Shown: positions 1 to 12,157 of the stretch, one piece after another
How the letters are laid out: each line of letters begins with the position of its first letter
How positions within the stretch are numbered: the stretch's first letter is position 1
Assembly (NCBI RefSeq): GCF_001194135.2
Contig: NC_068984.1
Span: 129,362,537 to 129,415,099, forward strand
DNA from: Octopus bimaculoides
Lineage: Eukaryota
Length of the DNA stretch: 52,563 nucleotides
Reading direction: 5' to 3'
Translations under genes and position numbers: made by a program
Notes under the pieces: generated by a model
What the model saw: the letters and a program-made list of their open reading frames with translations, nothing else
Databases searched by the model: none
What the model was told of the DNA's origin: nothing

Positions 1-344
1 ATCCATATGGCCATCGTGGGTCCATATAAAATTTTGTTGTTGAAATTTATCTGCAATAAGTTGGTTATAATTCAATATTACACAAAATATTTTAAGTTTT
101 TTTCATTTTTTTTTTCATACTCCTAATAATATTTAAATACAAGAATATAATAGGATATTTTAAACATTGAATGGCTATGAGCGTCCACAAGAGTAAAATA
201 GGGATCAAAGGGGTCCATAGGTAAATAAAATGGTTGAGAACCTCTGCTCTAGAACAACGCTGTCTCATGTGTCTTACTTGCTTTAAGATGACTTGGGGTG
301 ATTTGATGGCACTATCGTTATCTTTTATCTCTTGCTTGCACTGT

Positions 345-545
345 AGCCATGCTGGGGCACTACCTTGTAGGGTTTTTAGTCGAACAAATTGTCCTCAGTA
401 CTTTATTTTTTCTTTTTAAGTGTGGCACTTACTATATCGGTCTCTTTTGCTGAACCGTTAAGTTACGGGGACGGAAACAGACTAATACCGGTTGTCAAGT
501 GGTGGTGGGGTGGAACAAATACTGATACAAAGATTCACACACAAA

Positions 546-582
<37 letters not shown>

Positions 583-780
583 NNNNNNNNNNTATGTATG
601 TATATACATACATACATGCATGCATGCATACATACATACATACATACATACGTACGTATGTATGTATGTATGTATGTATGTATGTATGTACGTATGTATG
701 TATGTATGTATGTATGTAGATATATATATATATTATATAATGGGCTTCTACAGTTTCCATTTAGCAAATCCAAAGGGTGA
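345..780 (-). mobile_element. Partial SINE (family A) with expanded internal (TA)n/(TACA)n/(TATG)n microsatellite
   Basis: atcggtctcttttgctgaaccg...gttgtcaag and gggcttctacagtttcc match the copies at 1312-1705 and 37731-38132. Confidence 0.75.
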
Positions 781-976
781 CCACATCTATTCCCCGACAA
801 GGAAACGAAAATATGCTCGTTCCTAACATAGTATGTATATCTATTTGTATAATATATTAGAAGCTTACTTCAAGACTGTCATTTTAATTACGGTTAAAAA
901 TCAGGGATTCTGCTAACCGAATGAAGTTGTAATTATGTTAATCTCAATTAATCAATTTTATTGTTAAATAGCATAG

Positions 977-1197
977 AGGCAGCGAGCTGGCAGAATCCTT
1001 AACACGCCGGACAAAATACTTAGCAAAATTTCTTCTGGCTTTACATTCTGAGTTCAAATGCTGCCGAGATCGGTTTTGCCTTTCATCCTTTCGGGGTCAG
1101 TAAAACAAGTACCAGAACGAACGCAGGGGGTCGACATTATCGACTTGCTCCTTCCTCTCAAATTTCAGGTCCTGTGCATATACTAGACAGAATTATT
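977..1197 (+). mobile_element. tRNA-derived SINE (family B; central domain resembles Meta/MESC type, unverified)
   Basis: Head ggcagcgagctggcagaatc...gagttcaaat; core gcctttcatcctttcggggtc; at least 10 related copies in the window. Confidence 0.8.
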
Positions 1198-1311
1198 AAA
1201 TTACATTATCAAATTCTATTAATGGATGTTCAACCACTTTTAATTTGTACCTATTAAATCGAAATGATCACTCAACTTGACTCGTCTCTCTCTCTCTTTT
1301 ACTTGTTTCAA

Positions 1312-1499
1312 TCATTTCACTGTGGTCATGCTGGAGCACCGCCTTTAGTCGAGCGAATCGACCCTAGTACTTATTCTATCGGTCTCTTTTGCCGAACCGC
1401 TAAGTTACGAGGACGTAAACACACCAGCATCGGTTGTCAAGCGATGTCATGGGGGGGCGGGACAAACACAGACACACAAACATACACACACACACACAC

Positions 1500-1547
<48 letters not shown>

Positions 1548-1705
1548 GACGGGCTTCTTTCAGTTTCCGTCTACCAAATCCACTCACTTTGGTCGGCCCG
1601 AGGCTATAGTAGAAGACACATCCCCAAGGTGCTACGCAGTGGGACTGAATCCGGAACTATGTGGTTCGTATGCAAGCTACTTACCACACAGCCACTTCTG
1701 CGCCA
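1312..1705 (-). mobile_element. tRNA-derived SINE (family A), near full length, internal (CA)n(TA)n
   Basis: Reverse complement begins gtggctgtgtggtaag (A-box-like) and ggattcagtccc (B-box-like); colinear with 37731-38132. Confidence 0.85.
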
Positions 1706-2451
1706 CCTACTCTAGCGATTTTATGATTAAATATCTTTAATTTCATAACATTATACATATTTAATTCTATCCTTACTTACTTTTACTTTGTGCTAGTATG
1801 TTTTATCCCATTGGTTTCAATAAAATTGGTATGGGATGAGAATGCGAACAAACTGCAGTTTATAGTATAGGGGAAACAACTCTGATCCGAATAAAACTGA
1901 AGCGTCTGTCAAAAACTGAAATTAAATAAAACTAATATTAAAATAAATTAATATATTTTGGCAAACCTTTTACTTAAACTGCTAAATTTTAATATTGGTA
2001 AGATGGAATATTTAATTAGAATATTAAAAAAATATTCATGACATTTATATAATCTCAATTTACTCTTTTATGATTTTCGATATTGTAGTAATCAAGGGAT
2101 GCAACTCGACTTAAAGTTTTAAACCAGTACACGCTTTCGTGTTTCCTATGTAAATATGACGGGGAGTACGCGTGAACACAAACTCATATGCGTCACCTAT
2201 TCCTATATATTTTCTGTCCGCCAAATTTCATTCACAAATCCGAGGCTACAGTAGAAGACACTTCATTAAGGTGCCGCGCTGTATGGTTCTGAAGCAAACT
2301 TCTTAACCAGACGGCTGTTCATGCCTCTATAGAAAAACTATGGAACGCTTCAGAAATTTCTGCATCATCTATGATTAAAGAGCATGATAAACTTCGAGTA
2401 AAGTTCAAATAACAACAACAACAATAATGATACTAATATATATAATAATTA

Positions 2452-2590
2452 TAAAAGACCAGAAAAAGAAGACGTGTTTATTAATTGACATGAGTATTCC
2501 TTGTTATCATAATATAGCGGCGAAAGAATTTGACAAGATCAGTAAATATAAAGACTTGCTAATAGAAATTGAAAAAATGTGGCACCTCAG
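2452..2590 (+). mobile_element. Fragment of restriction-like-endonuclease (R4/NeSL-type) non-LTR element C-terminus
   Basis: IKDQKKKTCLLIDMSIPCYHNIAAKEFDKISKYKDLLIEIEKMWHL resembles the RLE-domain pattern (L-I-D-x-S-I-P ... K-x-x-K-Y-x-D-L). Confidence 0.65.
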
Positions 2591-2591
2591 A

Positions 2592-3910
2592 ATTGATCAG
2601 GAGCCAATATCGGCGCCGGCACGTCAGTCCCTATGCCTCTTCTAGGTGCTTCTTCTTGTTTCTTAACTCGGTCTCCCTCTATTCTAGATTCCTGTAACAT
2701 TATTTCGTTACAAAACTCTAACGCCTCTACTCTAATAGCCCTTTTCCGGGCTAACCACTATTGCATCCGACAACTTCCGATGGACTAATTTTACTAACCC
2801 GGTCTCTGAAAGCTTGACACTCCAGGAAAGACACGTTCAACTTTCAGTATCCAGGGCCATGCTTATGGATCCTATCTCTGTCGACCGTACAGATCACAAA
2901 TGTGTAGTCTGTGTAACCGATTACTTTGAATTGTGGACAACTTATGCTACTTCTATCTACTAGACTACAGAATATTCTATCTAGATACGAACTGGTGAGA
3001 CCCGATGCTGTTTGTCTATATCCACATTGGTGCATTCGGAGAAATCCAGTCAACCAGTTGGAAGCAACTGAGCAGGTTTGTGAGGCTTTTATACCCCTCT
3101 CTCTCTTATCAGCTAGCCCCACTCTATCCAAGAGTACGTCCAAGATAACGTTCCAATTGCCCACTAGCGCTAAAATATGAGATGTCCAAGACAAACCTCC
3201 AAAATTTGAAAAAATTCGGCTGTCTCGCTTCAATTGGAGAGTACACAGCGACTAGTCAAAACGCACCACATTTGCTACTGCTCACATCCAGGACCACCAA
3301 CTTACCATCAGAATCCAGGAAGACCGTACGTACCTCAACATCCAGGCCTTTCCTAAACAGCACTGCCATCCCATCTACCATTCCAGGCCGACTAAGAGAT
3401 GCGTATGTCCCAAAGCCGTCAAAAGTAAGCTGCTAGATCGTGTATGTGTCGGAAATATTGTTTTCGCTGACGGTCATCACATCCATAGCTAGTGACCTGA
3501 GGCCATTATGCAGGTGACGTTGCTCTCAGAGCGACCTTACTTGCCATGATGACCGGAAAGAGTCATCAGTGAAAAAAAAAGGGGAAGCTACTAATCTTCC
3601 GGGTGCCGTTAAAGGTCGGGTGGCTCGACCTCCCTATTTGGTTGGTGTTTCTTTAGGAACCACACCCCTAAAAGCCTACTCGTTACTTTTACGTCGTGAA
3701 GCAAGCTCTCCCTAGTGCTTTTATAGTGTTTCTGGTGCTGATACCGACGATCTCACCCTCTCTCTCTCTCTCGATGTCCTTCCTTCGTGCTATGAGGGCC
3801 ATCAATTCTTTATTGGCCCTCCTCACTAGCATGAAGTTTTGTCTCTGTGTTGTTGGTTCTTGCTGCTCAATGATTGCTTCTCAGTGCTCTATGGACACTG
3901 TAAAAGCTGT
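2592..3910 (-). mobile_element. Degenerate L1/Tx1-type LINE fragment (probable ORF1 end plus APE endonuclease of ORF2; RT missing)
   Basis: Minus-strand pieces MAVLFRKGLDVEVRTVFLDSDGKLVVLDV..LVAVYSP, LVGNWNVILD, SYLDRIF and GPGY*KLNVSFL, with stops and frameshifts. Confidence 0.8.
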
Positions 3911-3914
3911 AAGA

Positions 3915-4896
3915 CGTGACAAGGGCAGCAGCAACGGAGACTACGAAGCCGTGGCCAACAAGAACAGACACATCAGACGTTCTGTGTCTGCACGCCGGAA
4001 TTCATTCAACAACTGCAAGACAATGTGATGAAAGAGCTGAGTTAGGGAATCCAGGCCTTGGCGAGAGAAATGGATGTTGGAGTTGCCATCATGAAGCAGA
4101 CCCTGAATAAAGACTTTTGCTACCATTTGTACAAGAGGGCTAAAGAACAAATTCTGACAACCAAGAACTGCTTTACGAAGACGAAGAAGCTCTTAAACAA
4201 GCTGAGGCATTTTGTTGAACTGAGGCTGAACCGATTCTTCTCAGATGAAAGAAACTGTAAGGACCAGTTGCACAACACTCAGAACAACAAGTGGTTTGCT
4301 TACAATCCATGTGATGTCCCACATATCATGAAAATCAAGCGTATCTCCAATAAGAGTGACGTCATGCCACCCATCTTTGAACAAGGCCCCAAGTTCAATT
4401 CAGATGGCTATGTGAAGCTGCTAAAGACTGTGGTCAAACCCTGGCTGGAGAAGGTTGCTATTGAAAGCCATATGTGCAGCAGCAGAATTCTGTTCCTATC
4501 CATACCTCTGGAATGAGTCACAAGTGGTTGACTTCACCAGCCCCAATTTCTGGCCTCCTAATCCCCCTGATTATAATCCCATGGATGACTATGTGTGGAG
4601 AGCAGTTGAGAAAGACATCAAACGCTCTACCTACAACACTGAGGCCAAGCTGCTGGCCAAGATAAAGATGTCTGAAGATCTTCCCAAGGACACAGTGAGG
4701 AATGCATGTGCTAGGTTCCAGAGTCGTCTTAAGACCGTAGAGGAAGCTGAGGGCAGCTACCTTGAGTAAAATGTTATCTCCCAGCCATAATCTAGTTGAT
4801 GGCTTTTGATTTTTTTAAATATTTTATTTTTGGATGGGATATTGTGTTTTTATTTCCTTTTATGCAAACTGTCAAATTTAGCCTGAACACCTTGTA
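3915..4896 (+). mobile_element. Degenerate Tc1/mariner-superfamily transposon (likely maT/DD37D-like), 5' truncated
   Basis: RFFSDE (first catalytic D), QQNSVPIH (second D mutated), FWPPNPPDYNPMDDYVW; ends caccttg-TA, like a 3' TIR plus TA target. Confidence 0.85.
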
Positions 4897-4934
4897 ATAA
4901 TAATAACAACAACAACAACAACAACAACAACAAT

Positions 4935-5565
4935 CCTTTCTTCTATAGATACAATGCCTGAAATTTTAAGGAGGCGGTTAGTTGATAACATCAACCCCAG
5001 TGTTCAACTAGTACTAATTTCATTGACCCTGAAAGGATGAAAGACGAAGTTGACCTCAGTGGAATTTGAATTCAGAACATAAAACCGGAAGCAATACTGC
5101 TAAGCATTTTCCCTGTCTTCCTAAATTAATAATAATAATGGTTTNNNNNNNNNNTTCCCTGTCTTCCTAAATTAATAATAATAATGGTTTCAAATTTAGG
5201 CACAAGGCTAGCAACTCCAGGGGTGGAGGTAAGTCAAGTAAATTAACCCCAGTGCTCAACTGGCAGTTATTTTATCAATCCCAAAAGGATGAAAGGTAAA
5301 GTTGACCTCAGCAGCATTTGAACTCAGAATGAAAAGACAAATGAAATGATGTAAAGCATTTTGCCCAGCACGCTAACAATTCTGCCAGATCACTGCCTTC
5401 TTAATAATACTGACCCAGTACATAACTGGTACTAATGTGATCGACCCCAAAAGGAAGAAAGGCAAAGTCGACCTCGGCAGAATTTGAACTCAGAACAATA
5501 AGCAGGAAGAAATGTTGCTAAGCATTTTTCCAGCATGGTAACAATTCTGCCAGCTTGTTGCCTTC
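4935..5565 (-). mobile_element. Cluster of three same-orientation family B SINE copies separated by (AAT)n
   Basis: Three repeats of accccag...gaaaggatgaaaggcaaagtcgacctc...gaatttgaactcagaac. Confidence 0.8.
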
Positions 5566-5639
5566 TTAATGATACAAGAGGAAGTCAGAAATTATCCACA
5601 CTTTTGCCATGACATATCTTTATTATTGTCACACTGCTT

Positions 5640-6045
5640 TCTTTGCATGCGTGCTTATAGTTGGTACTATTGTGGTCACATGATCAAAGTTTGATCCTTA
5701 CTATAGCATTTTTCTTTCTGGCTTTACAATGTAAGCATGGCCACTCCACGAGCAATATGCACCAAAGAAGGACAAAGAGCAGTGATCCGAGAGATGATAA
5801 TGGTTAACCAGTTCACCATCACCATCTCTCTAGATTGCCGAATCTTCTCATCAATGGGCATCCTCCTCCCTCTTTGTGCATCATGCTTGTCCGGCCATTT
5901 TAAACTTCTCAATTCACTCATACACACTTCTACACAGTAGTGCACTGTCTGTCTATCGTGCTAAAAGCCCTTGATCAACTTCAACATCTGACACACCTTC
6001 TGACCAGAGAAGTTGAATCACTGCTCTTTGATCTTCTTTTGACTT
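5640..6045. mobile_element. Rearranged mariner transposase 5' remnant with internal inversion
   Basis: Plus strand reads MATPRAICTKEGQRAVIR. Minus strand reads KEDQRAVIQLLWSEGVSDVEV..RSVYE*IEKFK, then GRTSMMHKEG, then DEKIRQSREMVMVN; this is typical of a mariner N-terminal HTH region. Confidence 0.7.
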
Positions 6046-6074
6046 CCCTCATAATAATAACTCATTCTAATTTT

Positions 6075-6280
6075 CGCACAAGGCCAGTAGTTTGATAGGA
6101 GGGGAAATAAATTACATCAACACCAGCACTAAGTTGGTATTATATCTTATCAACCCTGAAAGAATGAAAAGTAAAGTTGACTTCAGCAGGATTTGAACTC
6201 AGACCCTAAACATTGGAGAAATGCTTAGCAGCATTTCACATGGCACAGTAACAATTCTTCCAGCTCACAACCTTGGTAAT
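6075..6280 (-). mobile_element. Family B SINE, diverged
   Basis: gaaagaatgaaaagtaaagttgacttcagcaggatttgaactcaga core. Confidence 0.7.
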
Positions 6281-7424
6281 TAGTACTATTTAATTATATA
6301 GTTAAAAGAAAAATACAATAGATTAAAAAATTAATAGAGCAGATTAAAAGATTAAATTGCTACACACAAAAAGGTAACAGGAATAAGAAGACTTGAATTC
6401 CAGTTTCTTTCATTGCAAATTAATGCAAATTTTTTACTGTTATTTCAAACAAAATGAGGAAAAATAAAGAAAATACATTAAATATCAAATGCATTTTTAA
6501 AAAAAATGCATTATTCATTGTTCTGTTAAAAACCACCCAATGGAATTTTATGATTCCAAGCAAAACATTATTTACAGATAAACAAGATTAAGTTGTTGTA
6601 ATAGTAATTTTTATCTGGTATATTCCATTGATAATCTTTGAGATTAATTAATATGGCACGAACAATAGCATTTTCAGATAACAGCAATACTCTCTTTACA
6701 CTTTCTCTTGCAGAAATAACTTCAGTCATTTTCTTTTCTTTCTTTTTTTTTTTTAGATTTTTTTTTTCTTTTATGTTCAAACATCCCATCTTGTGTAACT
6801 ACAAAAGTGGCATTTGGGCAAGTTTTAATTTACCTCATTAGCAATAGTTAGATCTAGCATACACATGTATAAAATTGTTAAAAAAAAATATTCTGTCTTG
6901 ATTGTTTTTAAACATTATCAGTCAGTCTCCTTATTAGAAAAATTGCTTTGGAAATATATACCTAACCACAATGACATACTCTACCGTCAGTTATGAAAAC
7001 TTTTTTCTTTGTGTCTTTTACATATAACATGTATCTGTCCTGAGTGTAGATATGTGTTGGGGGGTTTATATGCTGAAAGCACTTCTCTGCACATTAACTG
7101 CAGCTGCTCTATACAAGGCAATAAAAAATAATGTTGCCTAAAAATTCTAACTTTACATAAATACATTAGCAAAAGGTATTTCTGATAAAGAACTTTTTGA
7201 TTCCTGGCAATATTGCCATTTAGTTCAGTAGCACAGTTATTATTTCCAACAGTAATGGGGTCTTTTTTTTTTTTTTTTTTTTTTAGAAAAAAAAGAAAAC
7301 ATTTCCCTAAGATTTGAAATGCTAAATAAATAATGAAATAACACTAAAAAATGTGTTTACCTCATGAAGGAAATATTCCATATAAAAGAATAAACAATTT
7401 CTTCTTTATATAATTCTAACTTTG

Positions 7425-7610
7425 GTACAAGGCTAACAATTTTAAGGGGAGAGGACAAGTCAATTACACCTGCCCCGTTGCTTAACTAGTACTTATTTTA
7501 TCAATCCCAAAAGGGTGAAAGGTAAAGTCAACCTTAGTGGAATTTGAACTCAGAACGTAAAGGATGAAATACCACTAAGCATTTTGTCTGACACCAGATC
7601 ACCTTCCTAA
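7425..7610 (-). mobile_element. Family B SINE, diverged
   Basis: Same core motif as the other copies. Confidence 0.7.
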
Positions 7611-10221
7611 TGAAATAATAAATGCTTCTTTCAGAAAGATAAAATGTTAAAAACTACCTACATTAGCCAGGCCATAAGCAGCCAAAATAAAAAAGTAATT
7701 AAAACAAACACATTGAATTTCTTCAGCTTTGAAAGTTATTTATCATTAAAAAAGAATGAAAAAATAAAAATGTTAGCATATTTTAAATTTCATATTGAGG
7801 GATTTCAAGTCACAGTTTATCACTTACAATTCAGACAGACAGAAAGCTACTAGGGGCTAAAATCTCACTAAACAAGGGTTACAAGAACAAATGCAGGAAA
7901 AACAAAAAAAGAATGGATGGATTTAGGCAATAGGCTTAGATTTGGAGGACTTCTTGGAAATTTGGCTTTTGTAAAGATAAACTAATTGAAATTAAAATTA
8001 TATGTCACAACAGCAACATCTAAAGATTAAAATATATTCTAAACAAATGAAACGCAATGCAAAGAAAGTTAATAAAGTGAGTATAATATCAGTTTACACC
8101 TTATAAATTATTTGCACCACTATACCTAAATTTTCTGTATATGTTAAGTTGGAATATGTTTTTACTTAATATATTAACTACTACACTAGTGTCTCAATCA
8201 AGTATCATTTTTAAAAAACTTAATTATCATTCATATATTACTGAAATTTATTTAAAATAACTTTTGTACCATTTGCATTTTAGTTATGGACTCAATGATC
8301 CTAGACAGCCATTTCTGATATTAAAACGTGGTGAGGCAAAAAAAAATAATTTGAATATGCAGTTAAAAATGAATTAAAAACAGCATATAAATATTGAATG
8401 TGAACGGTTTAGCACATGATTAATTTAGAACATAGTTTGAAACAATTATTTTTAAATGGATATAACCAGAGCTTGGAGGGGAAAGGGGGTGTATATTTGT
8501 ACAATGCATAATATATTTTCTTTTCAGCTAAACTGTGTTGAAAAATATTTTTCACTAAACTCACCCCTATAATTAGCAAGTTTATTATTAGTAATGATAA
8601 AGAGTTTCTGGAGTTTAAATTAGATTCAGTGAAAGAGGATTGCAAATGTGCCTTGTTAGACTAAAATGGCATTGCAAAATGTGCAAAATTGCTAAGTAAC
8701 AAAATTGCATAGTGTGCCTATTAAATACTATAGAATACATCATTGCAGAGTATAAATATATAATAGTTTAGAAATATCACATTTCCTACAATGGTTATTT
8801 TTGTTTGTTTGTTTGTTAGGTTGTTGTTGTTTTTTAATTCTTGCCACTAATATAGTTATGTGGACAGTTTTATATAGGGCACATAAATATGATTTAAATA
8901 ATATGTTTGTCCATTTTAGAAATCAGTCACATTTTTGGTGAAGTCAGCCAATCATCCTTACTTTTTCTTATTCTAAACCACTTGAAATGGATTTAAAATT
9001 TCAAAATTTCACTTCATGTTTCATTTACACACACACCAACACATATGCACACACATGCACATGAACACATACATACACGTGCACACACATACACTCATAT
9101 ACACACATGTTTGTTCTCATTGAAGTAGTAAAATTATGGAAACAATTTCAAAATATTTGCACCAATTGCAATTTCAACTTAAATCTCTGATTAGTTTTGT
9201 GTTCTTAAACACCCCTGTTCAAATTGTTATTTTTATGGAAATAAAGACAAAATTAGTAGCGTAGCTTAGCAGTACAGCCAAGACAAATGGACAGCTAAGT
9301 AAAGTAAATGAAAATATGTTGCCGACCTCTTCTAAATTACTGTACATGTTATGACATGAGCAAAGAAAACCCTTTGCTCATGGTTTTGATCATAGACTCC
9401 TATTAGCTGAAGAAAAACAGCCAAGAGACAATGGTTTTGATTCTAGGTTCCTACCTAGCCATCAGCTAAGTATCAGAGACAGTTTCTCTAATTAGAAAGT
9501 GAGAATACTAAATGCTTTCATCTAAAGAAGAAATCAATATGAAAATTCAGAAAGTATTCTTGACACCAGCTTCCTTCTTTAGCGATAAAAATGAGATATT
9601 AATTGCAGAGGTGTACATGCCAGGCAAGTTATTTGATCTGGGACCAAATATATAAGCATGATTCAAAGATTAGGTGAACCAGGATTCATACACAGCTCGA
9701 TAACTGGAGTGGAATTATCACACTCACCAGCAAAGTATAAATTATCTAATTCCGTTAGAACTGAATTAATAAAAATAATTCATGGGGATAGTTTTACTCA
9801 TTTGTACCAAGCTAGCATGGGTAGTATATTTATTTGCTGAAATAGTTGTTTATGCAAATGGCCACTCTTCTTACAGCTATGAAATTTCTTTCAGACAAAC
9901 TGCAGCAAAGTGAAAGAGTAGAGCCCAAAGACATTTTTGTCTTAGACTAGTCCAAAATGCTAGAGACTGGAAAAGTAGAGTCCTGTGCATTATACGGAAG
10001 TACAACAGAATGGTTATAGTAGTGAAGTTTGAACTTGTGATCATGTGGTAAACAGTCCAGCACCTTAATCTCACAACTATTGTGCTTCTAATTGCAAAGG
10101 CAGAACTACTTTTGAGCTAGTGACAATTCTATTGATACTAAAATATTTCCAGAAACTATAAGTAATATGTAATGAAACCTCAACTCACAGACAAAACTAA
10201 TCTCTGAAAAATTCTTTCTAA

Positions 10222-10422
10222 TTTTGGTACAAGGTCAGCAATTTTGAGGGGTGGGGGTAAGTCAATTACATCGACCCAGTATTCCTCTAGTACTTATTTT
10301 ATCGATCCTGAAAGGATGAAAGGCAAAGTCAACCTCAGTGGCATTTGAACTCAAAACATAAAGAGCTGAAAGAAATGCTACAAAGCATTTCGTTCGGCAT
10401 GCTAAATGATTCTGCCAGCTGG
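10222..10422 (-). mobile_element. Family B SINE
   Basis: gtcaattacatcgacccag...atcgatcctgaaaggatgaaaggcaaagtcaacctc. Confidence 0.8.
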
Positions 10423-11377
10423 TTGAAATAAGAAGACATGCTGAACCATATAACAGCAGAAATAGAATAACAACAAATGTTAACAACTTGTTCTGACATC
10501 TCTCTTAATAGAAAATAACAGATAATTCCTTTTTTTTAACTTGTTTTCAGAAAAAGAAAAACATTGAAGAGAATTGGCATTAAAAATACCAGTTCTTCTC
10601 AGATTCTGAAAGTTGCATAGTACTTAGCCAAGCTAGCAGCGACTGACAGTTGAGAAAAAAACTCAAATAAAACAGTGTATATAGTGAGTAAAATGGTATG
10701 GAATTGATGAAGTAATGAGCAAAAACTTTCCCTATGCATTATTATATAAAACATTGAATTAAATAAATGTTAAGTGTTGGAAGTATGGGGAGTAATTCAA
10801 ATTAAATAAACTGGTTATAAATGCAAAAAATATCTTTCAAAAATTGTTAAACTGAATAAACAAAATAAATTTTTTTTAAATGGCATATCTTAAAACAAGG
10901 TTTATAGAATGAGATTCTAATTCTCAAAAAGAGTTTTAAATAATTGTTCTTAATTTGGTTATATCACAAGGAAAGAAACTACTGTTATAATAAAAGATGA
11001 CAATATTCCTTTCCACTTGACTTTTGATGATGAATGACAGCAATTAAGTGTTATGTCACAGTCTTCAGTCTTTTTAAATGTAAATATGATTAAGTTAAAA
11101 CACTTGATAAACTTACAGTTAATGATAAACTTATAGTTAATGTTCATCTCTAAAGTGAGAAACACATTCATAATAAACATTTGAATCAATAAAATATATT
11201 TCTAATGGAAAGAGAGCAATTGCCATATTGCTTGCTGTTGGTTATTAGGATGAAATATCTATCATAACAGAGGAAAAATAGGGATGATATATGTCACATA
11301 TAACAAATGCAATTAAATCCCTTGAATTTAAAAACTATTTTGTTTTTCCTTGGCTGCTACACAACTATCTAGGTAGT

Positions 11378-11718
11378 TTTATTTGTCTGGTTTTAATTAA
11401 GAATGAAAAAACTCCAAGACGGTGAGTAAAAAATATATAATCATAATAATGACAGAATGTATCAACTAAAAATAATTGAACATTAACATTTGATGAGTAA
11501 GTCACAATTTACCATTATTCAATGATTTAAAGAGAACAGTAATCAGTTCAGTTGTTGCAAACTTTTGAAAATAGCAATATTTCACCTAGAATTCATAACA
11601 CAAAACACTGTGTATATTTGCCTGTTCATGTCATAACAAAAATATTTTTTTAAATCCATTTTTTCCCTCTCATTTCCTTTTCTTATCTCCAATGTTACAT
11701 TTTTTTGTCGGTTTTATT
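11378..11718 (-). promoter_or_regulatory. Candidate polyadenylation signals in the aralar 3' UTR (AATAAA at 11718-11713 and 11383-11378)
   Basis: Hexamers about 250 and 580 nt downstream of the stop. They occur often by chance in AT-rich DNA. Confidence 0.3.
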
Positions 11719-11964
11719 TTTACAAATAACAATGATAATAACAATAATATAAATAATTATAATACAAAAATAATAGTAATAATGATAATAATAATAGTAA
11801 TAATAGATTTTCTTCATGTGAATGACTCACATAGTTTTTGTTATATTTTTGTTGTTTTTTTTCTTCTTTTTTTATACACAATGGTATCTTACAGAACAAA
11901 ATGTCTTAGATTAATTTGCTAGCCTTAACTTAAGATACATAGATCCTTGCCTGAGATGGGAATT

Positions 11965-12157
11965 CTACTGAGGAGAAGTAGGTTGCAAAGATGTTGGGAT
12001 AATTTGTGGAGTTTTAAACTTTGGTAAACATAGACCAAATTTTGATTCCAGACCGTCAAATGTTGCAAGTGCTAAACGATAACCGCCAATGTGATCAGGA
12101 TTTCTTGACATCTTTTCTTCAAGGGATGTTGGCCGTGCCTCTGATCCTTCAGGTCGC
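11965..12157 (-). CDS. SLC25A12/SLC25A13: Aralar/citrin terminal coding exon, C-terminal regulatory domain ([63 protein letters not shown])
   Basis: Acceptor catttttcttcAG, phase 2 start, TAG at 11967-11965; [11 protein letters not shown]...KFGL.LP motif. Not present in the ORF track. Confidence 0.95.

Noticed and set aside
389-826. YI/CMYV-repeat ORFs on both strands
   Set aside because: They are microsatellite inside a SINE.
4058-4769. Possible domesticated or active transposase
   Set aside because: Multiple frameshifts, a mutated catalytic Asp and a missing 5' end.
5108-5190. 36-bp direct repeat
   Set aside because: Identical sequence on both sides of a 10-N gap is a typical unresolved contig overlap.
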